A stretch of DNA of 64,000 bases from an uncultured Spirochaetota bacterium. Lineage in GTDB: Bacteria > Spirochaetota > Spirochaetia > SZUA-6 > Fen-1364. The notes beneath the pieces are model-generated. The model was not told the origin of the DNA, ran no database searches, and saw nothing but the letters and a program-made list of their open reading frames with translations. Numbering within the stretch: the first letter of the stretch is position 1; each line of letters opens with the position of its first letter. The stretch spans positions 288,001-352,000 of the forward strand of contig CAWGAA010000002.1 in assembly GCA_963820525.1 (NCBI GenBank), in the 5' to 3' direction. The translations under genes and the position numbers were made by a program. Below, one piece after another: positions 46,686-56,400 of this stretch.

Positions 46686-48113
46686 CTATTCTGTTCTTAT
46701 GAAAGCGTCCGGAAACCCGCGGTCCTTGAACCAGTAGAGGAGGGTGCCGCTCTCCGCCCTGTTCAGGGGGCCGAGCATGATGCGGAAGATCTGTCTCCCT
46801 GTCGGCCCGGGCCCGAGCACGCTCACGGGGTAGGACGGCGGGAGGGTGGAGGCGAGATCCCGCGCCTGCTTCTCGTTTACGTACGCGCCGAGCTGGAGGA
46901 AGTAGATCGTCTTGGACGCGCCGGGGGGCGCGGCCGGCTTTGCCTGAGCGGGGGGCTTGGCCTGCGGTCTCTCTTCGGGAGGTTTCTGGGCCACCTGCGC
47001 CCCGGCCTCGGGTGGCTTGGGAGACGTCGGCTCGAGGGTGATGACGGTCTCGGTGCCGGATGCCGGCGGGGTGGGCGCAGGATTGCTGATCTCCGGCGGG
47101 ATCGCCGCCTCTTCGGCACCGGTTTCGGGGGCAGGCTGCTCCGGCTCGGGGGGAGCGCCCAGCGGGGCCTCTTGCGGGGGAACGGCGTTCGCGGCGAAGC
47201 GCTCATCCACCTGCGGGTTCAACTCTATGGGCGGGCCGGCTTCGGCGAGCTCCACCGGCGGGTTCTGCCCTGCGGGAGGGACATGCTGCCCGTTCACGGT
47301 GGCGATCTCGGGGACGGCCGGGGGCTGTTGCGCCTGGGGCTGTTGGGCTACGGTGGCTCCCGTCGGCGGCACCGCCGGCGCCTGATAGACGAACTTCTCG
47401 TCTTCACGCGGAGGGAGGAAAAGCTGTTTCTGAGGCGTTCGGGAGGCAAGCTTCTTTAAAAGCTCCTCGTCGGCTTGCGGCTGTTTCTCCTGAGCCGCCT
47501 GGGCCTGCGCCGTTGCGCTTCCGGCTGGAGGAGGGGTCGCTTCCGGCTCCCGGATGACTGGTTCCTGCGCCGGGGGAGGCAGCTCCGCCGTTCGCGTGCC
47601 TCTCTTTTCCTTTGCCGCCTGGAGGCTCTCCAGGACTCCCTTGGGAGTTTCGGGCCTGCTCAACGCTTCGGACGGCTCCATCGCCTCCCTCGGCGGGGGT
47701 GGAGCATTGGAAAGAGCGGCTGCGGGGTTGCGATCTGAATCCGTGCTCAATGGGCGCTCGTTCGGCCGGGCTTCGGCTACCGCGGGCGGGGGGGTCTTGA
47801 TTGTGACGCGTACGGGGGCCACATCCCCCTGGGAGATCCCCAGCGCGGCCGCCGCCTTGGGAGAGAGAAGAACCAGGAGATCCGATTGGCCGTTGACCCG
47901 CTGGCTGACGACGACCTTCGTCGTTCTTCCCGTTTCCAGGTTTTCCACGACGATCTCGGTGCCGGCGGGAAATGAATTTGACGCCGCGAAAAAACCGCTC
48001 TCGAAGGAGGCATCCCCCCTTTGCAGCGCGGCACCTCCATCCCAGAAGCTTTCCGCGGATGCGAAAAAGGCTGTCAGGAGCAACGCGACGACGGCAGCGA
48101 TCTTCGTAGCCAT
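46686..48113 (-). CDS. Exported protein: RlpA-like N-terminal domain, Pro/Ala/Glu-rich linker, C-terminal SPOR domain
   Basis: Signal peptide; AASNSFPAGTEIVVENLETG...LLSPKAAAALG; YFLQLGAY...FPDAFIR. Confidence 0.8.
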   Translation of the reverse strand: MATKIAAVVALLLTAFFASAESFWDGGAALQRGDASFESGFFAASNSFPAGTEIVVENLETGRTTKVVVSQRVNGQSDLLVLLSPKAAAALGISQGDVAPVRVTIKTPPPAVAEARPNERPLSTDSDRNPAAALSNAPPPPREAMEPSEALSRPETPKGVLESLQAAKEKRGTRTAELPPPAQEPVIREPEATPPPAGSATAQAQAAQEKQPQADEELLKKLASRTPQKQLFLPPREDEKFVYQAPAVPPTGATVAQQPQAQQPPAVPEIATVNGQHVPPAGQNPPVELAEAGPPIELNPQVDERFAANAVPPQEAPLGAPPEPEQPAPETGAEEAAIPPEISNPAPTPPASGTETVITLEPTSPKPPEAGAQVAQKPPEERPQAKPPAQAKPAAPPGASKTIYFLQLGAYVNEKQARDLASTLPPSYPVSVLGPGPTGRQIFRIMLGPLNRAESGTLLYWFKDRGFPDAFIRTE

Positions 48114-48171
48114 TCGATGAGTCTCCTTATACTACTATCGGATGGAAACGTGCCATCTCGCAGCACATTTT

Positions 48172-48681
48172 TCAGCCCGTGGAGGGGCGGGAAACCATCA
48201 ACTTCACGGTCTCTTTCGCGATCTTTTCTCCCAACTCGAAGCCGAGTTTCGCCAGATCCATGTCCTTTTCCCTGCCCCGGTTGTCGTCGGTGAGGGTCCC
48301 GGCGCCGAGGGTCGCGCCCCTTTCCACTGCGATGAGAGAGAAGCGCGCCGAGGCCGTGATCCCCGTCAACCCGCCGGCCAGGGGCGTGCGCTGGAAGGTA
48401 ACGGCGGCCACCAGAACGTACTTCGCTCCGCCGGAGCCCGCGATCCTGACCAGCTCCTTGGAGGAGAGGGGAGCTGACCCGTCCTCCGTGTTGAACACGA
48501 TGTTGCCCGATTCGAACAAACCGTCGAAGATGCCTTCCGTGGCCGGCGGGGGAAGGGGGCTCGGCTGTCCATCCACGGTCTCCGTGACGGCGATGAGCAG
48601 GGTTTCCGAATGAAGCTGCGCGCCCGAAAGGAGGAGCGCGATGGCGAGGGCAGGCAGGAGCAGTGTGTGCGATTTGTTCAC
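48172..48681 (-). CDS. Hypothetical exported protein
   Basis: GTG start at 48681 followed by a signal-peptide-like stretch (LLLPALAIALLLSGAQLHS); 169 aa. Confidence 0.6.
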   Translation of the reverse strand: MNKSHTLLLPALAIALLLSGAQLHSETLLIAVTETVDGQPSPLPPPATEGIFDGLFESGNIVFNTEDGSAPLSSKELVRIAGSGGAKYVLVAAVTFQRTPLAGGLTGITASARFSLIAVERGATLGAGTLTDDNRGREKDMDLAKLGFELGEKIAKETVKLMVSRPSTG

Positions 48682-48716
48682 ACTACCAATATCGGCCGAA
48701 GTCGCTCCGCGGAGAA

Positions 48717-48820
48717 GCCGGCGAAACCCGCTCGGGACTTGATGAAGGTCCGAGGGGATGGTACCCTTCCACGGCAAAGCTATGAGAGACCTCGAAGAAT
48801 CCCGCTCGAAGGACGCCGGT
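48717..48820 (+). ncRNA. Candidate structured cis-regulatory RNA in the loaP leader
   Basis: Closing stem GCCGGCG/CGCCGGT, internal hairpin CTCGG..CCGAG, alternative pairings CGAGG/CCTCG and GGGA/TCCC, and CCCGCTCG occurring twice. Ends 6 nt before the loaP ATG. Confidence 0.5.
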
Positions 48821-48826
48821 CGATAG

Positions 48827-49369
48827 ATGTCCTTTTTCGCCGCGCAGATCTGGACCGGAAGCGAAGAGAAGTTCCTCACCATCGCGCGAAAGGCGGGGCT
48901 TCCCGCGGAGATCCACCTGATCTGGCCTCGGCGGAACCTTCGAATCCGCCGCGGGGGCATCTGGAAGGACTCGCTGGCCCCCATTTTTCCCAGCTACGTC
49001 TTCATCAGGGCGGACGCCGTCGAGCCGGCTCTCTTCACGACGCTGCGAAGGGTCCCCGGGTTCATCCGCTTCCTCCTCTCCAACGAGAACATCGTGCCCA
49101 TGGAAAAGAAAGACCAGGAGCTGCTCACCCATTTCCTTTCCTTCGGCGAGGTGGTGGATAAATCCATGGTCGTCTTCGACGAGGAAAGCAGGATCCGGGT
49201 GCTTGCCGGCCCGCTCAAGGGCCTCGAGGGAAGGATAGTCAAGGTGGATCGGCGCAAGGGCAGGGCGAAGGTGAAGCTGGAGATGTACGAGAACTCTTTC
49301 AACGTGGACTTCGGCTTCGAAGTACTAGAGAAGATGCCGAACAAGCCCCGCTCCTCGGAAAAAGCTTAA
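48827..49369 (+). CDS. loaP: NusG paralog, LoaP-type transcription antiterminator
   Basis: NGN domain (QIWTGSEE, PIFPSYVF) and a KOW domain with basic GPLKGLEGRIVKVDRRKGRAKV; heads a sugar-nucleotide gene cluster. Confidence 0.82.
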   Translation: MSFFAAQIWTGSEEKFLTIARKAGLPAEIHLIWPRRNLRIRRGGIWKDSLAPIFPSYVFIRADAVEPALFTTLRRVPGFIRFLLSNENIVPMEKKDQELLTHFLSFGEVVDKSMVVFDEESRIRVLAGPLKGLEGRIVKVDRRKGRAKVKLEMYENSFNVDFGFEVLEKMPNKPRSSEKA

Positions 49370-49434
49370 GGCCTTACCCCGCGCCGCGGGCGGGCTGCTT
49401 TAAGTCCCTCGCGGAGCTTCCGACACTGTAGAAG

Positions 49435-50913
49435 ATGGCGAGCGCGACGCGAAAGAGCATCTATATCATCGGGGCGGGTTTCACGGGCGTGACCCTCGCG
49501 GCGGAGATACGATCGAAGAAGATCTTCGGCCGCGTGGTGGCTTTTCTGGACGACGACCCGGGGAAGATCGGCACGCGCATCGACGCGGTCCCCGTGCTGG
49601 GCCCCATAGATGCCGTCATCGAGATACTCAAGACGACGCCCGCCGACGAGGCGATCGTGGCGATCCCCAGCGCCACGCGGACGCAGATCTCCAGGATCTA
49701 TGCCGTCCTCAGGCGCGCCAAATTCGCCAGGATCCGCATCGTCCCCCAGGTGTCCCAGATCGTCGACGGCGAAGTCCACCTCATCCAGGCCCGCGAGATC
49801 CATCCCGAGGACCTGCTCTCGCGGGACCCCGTCACGGTGAACCTCAGGAAGAGCCTGGCCTACCTGCGGGGCAAGAGGGTGATGGTAACGGGGGCGGGGG
49901 GGAGCATCGGCTCGGAGCTCTGCCGCCAGCTCCTCGAAGGCGGCGTGGAGAGGATGTACCTCTTCGGCCATGGGGAGAACAGCATCTACGAGATCGACCG
50001 TGAGCTGCGCCTCCTTCAGGAGGAGGGTGTGGGGGAGAAGACCACCATCGTACCCATCCTGGGAGAGGTCCAGGACCGCGACTACATGCTCTCCATCCTG
50101 GCGCGGGCCAAGGTGTTCGCTCTCTTTCACACGGCGGCGCACAAGCATGTTCCCCTGCTGGAGGAAAACCCCATCGAGGCCGTGAAGAACAATGTATTCG
50201 GCACCCTCAACGCGGTCGAAGCCGCCCGGGAGAGCGGGGTGGGGCGCTTCGTGCTCGTCTCCACGGACAAGGCGGTCGAGCCGCACAGCGTGTACGGGGC
50301 ATCGAAGCTCCTCGCGGAAGAGATCGTGCTTCGCGAGGGCAAGAGCGGCCGTCACTTCCTCGTTGTCCGCTTCGGGAATGTCCTGGGCTCGCGGGGGAGC
50401 ATCCTTCCGCTGTTCCGCCGCCAGATCCTCAAGGGCGGTCCCGTGACGGTGACGCATCCCGAGGTGCGCCGATTTTTCATGACCATCCCCGAAGCCACTA
50501 CCCTCATCCTCCAGGCCGGCGGCGCCGGCTCGGGCGGAGAGGTGTATTCCCTGGACATGGGAGAGAGCGTCTCGATCCGGGAGCTCGCCGAGCAGATGAT
50601 CCGCTTCTACGGCTACGAGCCCGACGAGGACATCAAGATCGTCTATACGGGCCTGCGGCGGGGAGAAAAGCTGGTGGAGAAGCTGCACGCAGACTGCGAG
50701 GTGCCCGAGCCCACCGCCCATCCCAAGATCATCAAGCTCAAAAGGAAGACCCTCATCAACGGCAGGATCACGGCGGTGCTGGAGAGCCTGCGGCCGATCT
50801 GCTTCTTCGACCGGGAGAACAGCGCGGCCTTCAGGAACAAGCGGGAGCTTCGAAGCGTGCTCGAAAAGGTGATCCCCGGCATCGGGCCATCCATTGACGA
50901 GACCGAGTACTAG
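49435..50913 (+). CDS. UDP-GlcNAc 4,6-dehydratase (CapD/PglF-like, lacking N-terminal TM helices)
   Basis: TGAGGSIGSELC, HTAAHKHVP, STDKAVEP..YGASK, VRFGNVLGSRGS, GLRRGEKL. Confidence 0.9.
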   Translation: MASATRKSIYIIGAGFTGVTLAAEIRSKKIFGRVVAFLDDDPGKIGTRIDAVPVLGPIDAVIEILKTTPADEAIVAIPSATRTQISRIYAVLRRAKFARIRIVPQVSQIVDGEVHLIQAREIHPEDLLSRDPVTVNLRKSLAYLRGKRVMVTGAGGSIGSELCRQLLEGGVERMYLFGHGENSIYEIDRELRLLQEEGVGEKTTIVPILGEVQDRDYMLSILARAKVFALFHTAAHKHVPLLEENPIEAVKNNVFGTLNAVEAARESGVGRFVLVSTDKAVEPHSVYGASKLLAEEIVLREGKSGRHFLVVRFGNVLGSRGSILPLFRRQILKGGPVTVTHPEVRRFFMTIPEATTLILQAGGAGSGGEVYSLDMGESVSIRELAEQMIRFYGYEPDEDIKIVYTGLRRGEKLVEKLHADCEVPEPTAHPKIIKLKRKTLINGRITAVLESLRPICFFDRENSAAFRNKRELRSVLEKVIPGIGPSIDETEY

Positions 50914-50916
50914 GCC

Positions 50917-52110
50917 ATGGCATCCCCGGCTCGTGGAAACAAGCCCTTCATCCCGTTCTTCCGCCCCAGCCTCGGGCGTGAGGAAGAACGGGCGGTGATC
51001 TCCGTATTGAGGTCGGGTTGGCTCACCACGGGCGAGGTCACGGCGCGCTTCGAGCGGGAGTTCGCCCGCTTTGTCGGCTCTCCCCACGCCCTGGCGCTCT
51101 CATCGGCCACCGCCGGGCTTCACCTCAGCCTGGAAGCCCTCGGCGCCGGCCCGGGAAGCATGGTTGTCACGACGCCTTATACCTTCACGGCATCCGCCGA
51201 GGTGGCGCGATACCTTGGCGCCGAGCTTGCGTTTGTCGACGTCGAGGATGATACGGGCAACATCGATCCACGGCTCCTGGAAAAAAAGCTTGACGAGCTT
51301 CGCGCGCAGGGGAAGAAGGTGTCCGCGATCCTTCCCGTTCACGTGGCGGGGCACCCCTGCGACATGGCGGCAATCGGCTCCGCCGCCGCCCGGCACCAGG
51401 CGCCGATCGTGGAGGACGCGGCCCATTCGTTTCCCGCGAAAATCGGGGGCAGGTTCGTGGGAACCTCGGGGGCCGCGGGGGTGTATTCGTTCTACGCCAC
51501 CAAGTCGATCACCACCGGTGAGGGCGGCATGGTCGTGACGGCGAGCAACGATGTGGCGCACAGGATCAAGGTGATGCGGCTGCACGGCATCGACAGGGAC
51601 GTGTGGAACAGGTACACCGCTGTCGGGGCATCGTGGCGGTACGACGTGGTGGAGGCCGGATACAAATACAACCTCACGGACCTGGCGTCGGCCATCGGCC
51701 TGGCGCAGCTCGCCAAGGCGGAAGCGTTTTTCAACAGGCGGCGCCGGATCGCGAAGCGCTACCGCGAGCGCCTGGCCGGCTGTGAGTTTCTCATCCTGCC
51801 GCAGGAGCAGGAAGGCCATGCCTGGCATCTTTTCATGATCCGCATCCGCCCGGAGGCGCTCAGGATAGACCGCGACGCCTTCATCATGGAGCTCCTGGCA
51901 AGGGGAATCGGGGCTTCAGTGCACTTCATCCCGCTGCACCTCATGTCGTACTATAAAAACAGATACGGTTTGAAGCCCGAGGATTTCCCCGTGGCGCTCG
52001 CGCGATTCAAGACCTGCATCAGCCTTCCGCTCTTCCCCGCGATGTCGGATGAGGAAGCGGACCGCGTTGTGGATGCTGTCCGGGATACGGGCGCGGCCAA
52101 CAAGGCGTGA
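50917..52110 (+). CDS. DegT/DnrJ/EryC1/StrS-family sugar aminotransferase
   Basis: SGWLTTG, SSATAGLHL, EDAAHS, SFYATKSITTGEGG, GYKYNL. Confidence 0.92.
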   Translation: MASPARGNKPFIPFFRPSLGREEERAVISVLRSGWLTTGEVTARFEREFARFVGSPHALALSSATAGLHLSLEALGAGPGSMVVTTPYTFTASAEVARYLGAELAFVDVEDDTGNIDPRLLEKKLDELRAQGKKVSAILPVHVAGHPCDMAAIGSAAARHQAPIVEDAAHSFPAKIGGRFVGTSGAAGVYSFYATKSITTGEGGMVVTASNDVAHRIKVMRLHGIDRDVWNRYTAVGASWRYDVVEAGYKYNLTDLASAIGLAQLAKAEAFFNRRRRIAKRYRERLAGCEFLILPQEQEGHAWHLFMIRIRPEALRIDRDAFIMELLARGIGASVHFIPLHLMSYYKNRYGLKPEDFPVALARFKTCISLPLFPAMSDEEADRVVDAVRDTGAANKA

Positions 52111-52164
52111 ACCCGTCCGGCGAAGGGCGCGCCCGAACGAAGCGCCGAGACTCCTCGACCGGCG

Positions 52165-53253
52165 CTATTTCGTCCGCGCCTCCTTTTCCAGCGCGCTCAA
52201 CTCCGCGTGAGTCTCCAACACCTCGAAATCGATCGAGATGGTGCGGCTCTCCTGTCCGTCGATCAGGGGAAGCGTGCCCTGGTCACGCAGGGCCCCGCGG
52301 CCGATCGGCATGATGGTCCCGGGCTCCAGGCCGAGGACGTAGAAGCCCCGCGCCGGCATCTTCCACTCCGTGAAGAAGGGAAGCTCCTTCTGATTCCACC
52401 TCAACACGATGCCCAGGGGCGCGCCATCCCCTGCATCCGGGTTGGCCAGCCCGATGAAGGTCCGCCCCTGTCGGTCGGCGGCGAGGGTGTGGAAGAAGAC
52501 CTTCTCCTTGTAAGCCTGGACCGGCTCGCACCAGGAGAGGCATTCCTCGACCCCCTTGTCCTTCGCGGCCTCCGGGTCTCGGGGAATGCTCGATGTGACG
52601 GGACCGACTATCTTCGTTCGGGCGGACAGGAGGGGAAAGCCGAAGTTGAAGTGGTAGAGCATCATGAGGGGCTGAGGCTCGAAGCCCTTGTTGACGATCG
52701 TATCTTGGAGATGGAACCCGCGGGCCCCGAGCCGCGTCTCGATGCGCCTGGTGAGCCCCATGTTCTCTCCCATCGCGCTCGCCTCGCGGACTGCGCCCTT
52801 GAGGCGGATCACGAAATCGTCCCCGTCCCACTCCTGGTCTATGGCGAGGTCTTCGGCGGCCGCGTTGGAGAGCCTGCCGTGTAGGCCGAATGCCTTTCCC
52901 TGGTCCACGCTGGGCGCGCCGGCGTTGGTGATCCCGCAGGTGGTGAGGAGGCCCACGAAGAAACTGCGCAGCCACCCGAGGCCCGGCTCCTCGAAGTAGC
53001 CCGGCGCCGTGATGCCCGTGGCGGAAAAGAAGGTGAGGGACTTCCCCTTGTAAAGGGCGAACGGTATATCCATCCCGCGGCCGGGAAGCACGGTGAAGGA
53101 GAACCCGCTTCCCGTTTCAACCTCGATTGCGCGCACACCCTCCGCCTTTCCGTGGGAGAGAACCGAGGGGCGGGCACCCGCGATCTGCGCCGGGTCTCCG
53201 ATGCGGGAGAGAAGCTCCGTCCTGGTCCAATTCCTTCCTGCGTAGAGAGCCAT
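52165..53253 (-). CDS. Aldose 1-epimerase family protein (DUF4432)
   Basis: LPGRGMDI, GLLTTCG, LHGR, MLYHFNFGFP, LGLEPG. Confidence 0.85.
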   Translation of the reverse strand: MALYAGRNWTRTELLSRIGDPAQIAGARPSVLSHGKAEGVRAIEVETGSGFSFTVLPGRGMDIPFALYKGKSLTFFSATGITAPGYFEEPGLGWLRSFFVGLLTTCGITNAGAPSVDQGKAFGLHGRLSNAAAEDLAIDQEWDGDDFVIRLKGAVREASAMGENMGLTRRIETRLGARGFHLQDTIVNKGFEPQPLMMLYHFNFGFPLLSARTKIVGPVTSSIPRDPEAAKDKGVEECLSWCEPVQAYKEKVFFHTLAADRQGRTFIGLANPDAGDGAPLGIVLRWNQKELPFFTEWKMPARGFYVLGLEPGTIMPIGRGALRDQGTLPLIDGQESRTISIDFEVLETHAELSALEKEARTK

Positions 53254-53436
53254 GACGTCCTCCTTGCCTGCCTCCAGTGTAGATCACCGGCGGCCGGCGT
53301 CAAGACTGCGACAACGGACAGGCCGCCGCTGGCACGCGTCGAGGCGGCGACGGGGTGCGGAATTCTCCTCGTATTTACATCAGATGATTTCTCGGTTATC
53401 ATGGCCTCGTTCTTCCCTGGGGAGGGGTATTCCGAG

Positions 53437-56400
53437 ATGTCTTTCGTTCATCTCCATTGCCATTCTGATTTTTCTTTATTGGACGGCGCCTCATCCGTCG
53501 AAGCCCTCGTCTCCAAGGCGAAAAGCCTCGGGATGCCCAAGCTCGCCCTCACGGACCACGGCAACATGTTCGGGGCGCTGAAGTTCACCAAGGAGTGCCG
53601 TAAGCAGGGCATTTCCCCGATAATCGGCTCCGAGTTCTACGTGGCCCCCGGCTCGCGGCACGAGAAGTCGGGCTCGGAGAAGGGAACCCGCTACCACCAC
53701 CTCGTTCTCCTCGCGCGCGACCTCCAGGGATACAAGAACCTGCTCACCCTCTCCTCACTGTCCTACACCGAAGGTTTCTATTATAAGCCGCGCATCGACG
53801 ACGAGCTTCTGGAGCGTTTCCACGGCGGGCTCATTGCCTTGAGCGCCTGCCTGGCCGGGGAGATCCCGTCCGCCATCGTGGACGGCAGGCTCGAGGAGGC
53901 GCGGGCAAAGGCCGGCAAATACAGCGAGCTCTTCGGAGCCGACTCCTTCTTCCTGGAGCTCCAGGACCACGGGATACCCGAGCAGAAGATCGTGAACCGC
54001 GAGCTCATCCGCTTCTCCCGGCAGACGGGCATTCCCCTTGTGGCCACGAACGATATCCACTACACGGAGCGGGACGACGCCCGCGCCCAGGACATCCTGA
54101 TCTGCATCGGCACGAACAAGAAGGTGAGCGAGGGAAAGCGGCTGAAGTTCGAGCACCCCGAGTTCTACTTCAAGTCCCCTGACGAGATGGCGCTGTTATT
54201 TCCCGAGGTTCCCGAAGCGCTCTCAAACACGATGCGGATCGCGGAGGCCTGCAGCCTTGAGCTTCCCTCGCTGAAACCGCAATTCCCCGTGTACGAGGTT
54301 CCCGCGGGCTCGACGCCGGAAGGGTACCTGGGGGAGCTTGCGCGCGCGGGGCTGAAAGAGCGCTTCAACCCCGTGGCGCCCGAGGAGGAGAAGCGCCTGG
54401 AGTACGAGCTTTCGATCATCACCTCCATGGGATTCACCGGATACTTCCTCATCGTGTGGGACTTCATCCGTTTCGCCAAGGAGAACGGGATCGCGGTGGG
54501 GCCGGGCAGGGGCTCCGGGGCGGGCTCCCTCGTGGCCTACTGCCTGAAGATCACGGACATCGACCCGCTTCGCTACGGCCTGCTCTTCGAGCGCTTCCTC
54601 AACCCCGAGCGGGTCTCGATGCCCGATTTCGACATCGACTTCTGCCACCGCCGCCGCGACGAGGTGATCTCCTATGTGACGAAAAAGTACGGCGAGGACA
54701 AGGTGGGGCAGGTCATCACCTTCGGCACGCTGAAGGCCCGCGCCGTGATCCGCGACGTTGCCCGCGTCCTGGACTTCCCCTACGAGGAGGCGGATGCCAT
54801 CGCCAAGCTCATCCCGGAAGGGATAAAGATGGACCTCGCGCAGGCCCTGAAGGAGAGCCCGAAGCTGGAGGAGATCGCCGGCAAGGGAGAGAGAAACCGC
54901 GAGCTCATCGAGACGAGCCTGAAGCTCGAGGGACTGCACAGGCACGCTTCCACCCATGCCGCGGGGATCGTGATCGGCAGGCAGGCACTCTCCGAGTACG
55001 TGCCCCTCTACCGCGACCCCCGGACCGGGGCCGTTTCCACGCAGTACACGATGGACTACCTGGAGGAATGCGGCCTGATCAAGATGGACTTCCTCGGCCT
55101 GAAGACCCTCACGGTGATCGAGGACACCATCGCCCTGGTGAGGAAGAAGGGGGTGCCCATAGAGCTGAAGAGGATCCCGGAGAACGACCCCGCCACCTTC
55201 CGGATGTTCTGCGAGGGAAAGTCCACCGGCGCGTTCCAGTTCGAAAGCTCCGGGATGCAGGGCGTGCTGAAACGGGCAAAGCCGGGCAAGATCGAGGACC
55301 TCATCGCGCTGAACGCCCTCTACAGGCCCGGCGCCATGGAGCACATCGACTCCTTCGTGGACTCCAAGCTGGGCCGGAAGAAGATCGAGTATCCCCTGCC
55401 GGCGCTCGAGCCTGTTCTCAAGGAGACCTACGGCGTTCCCGTCTACCAGGAGCAGGTCATGCAGATCGCGCAGGTTGTGGCAGGCTTCACCCTGGGACAG
55501 GCCGACATCCTGCGGCGCGCCATGGGCAAGAAGAAGCCGGAAGAGATGCTCAAGATGAAGGAGAAGTTCTTCGCCGGGGCGAAGAACAAGGGCTACGACT
55601 CCAAGACGGCGGACAGGATCTTCGAGCTACTCTTTTCTTTCACCGGCTACGGGTTCAACAAGAGCCACTCCGCCGCCTATGCCATTCCCGCCTACCACAC
55701 GATCTACCTGAAGGCGAACCATCCCGCCGAGTTCCTCGCCGCCAACCTCACCAACGACATCACGGACACGGACCGGATCGCCGAGCTCATCCGGGAGGCG
55801 CGGGGCATGGGCATCGAGGTGCTGCCTCCCGACGTGAACCTCTCCCGCAAGGAGTTCACCGTAGAGGGCGGGAAGATCGTCTACGGCCTGATGGGGATCA
55901 AGAACGTGGGCAGCGCAGCGGTGGACAGCGTCATCGAGGAGCGGGACAAGGGCGGAAGGTTCACCGGGTTTCTCGATTTCTTCGAGCGCATAGATCTTCG
56001 GGTGGTGAACAAGAAGGTTGCGGAGAGCCTCATCATCACGGGAGCCTTCGACTCCTTCGGGGAGACGCGGGCCACCCTCATGGCCAACCTGGCGCGCGTC
56101 CTGGAGACGGCCTCCCGGAGCCGGGAAGAGAAGCGCGTCGGCCAGGCTTCGCTCTTCGGCCCGTCCGCCGCAGCGGCGGCCGCGGCGGTGGAGCTGGAGA
56201 GGGTCCCCGAATGGGCGCCGGCCGAGAAGCTCGTCCATGAGAAGGAGAACCTCGGCTTCTTCTTCTCGGGGCACCCGCTGGATCCGTTCGCAACGCTTAT
56301 GGCGCAGCACGTGAACGCGGACCTCTCCCGCAAGGATGCCCTGTCGGCGGACCGCCCCTGCACCCTCATCGGGATGCTTCATGAGGTGAGGGAGATCAGA

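Noticed and set aside
48721..48750. Hammerhead-like words GAAAC and TGATGA in the loaP leader
   Set aside because: The core reads UUGAUGA rather than CUGAUGA, there is no UH cleavage site after the putative stem III, and no stem I can form.
48771..48800. GGCAAAGC resembling a c-di-GMP-I riboswitch
   Set aside because: The GGCAAAC..GAAA..GACGCAAA arrangement and the P3 receptor stem are missing.
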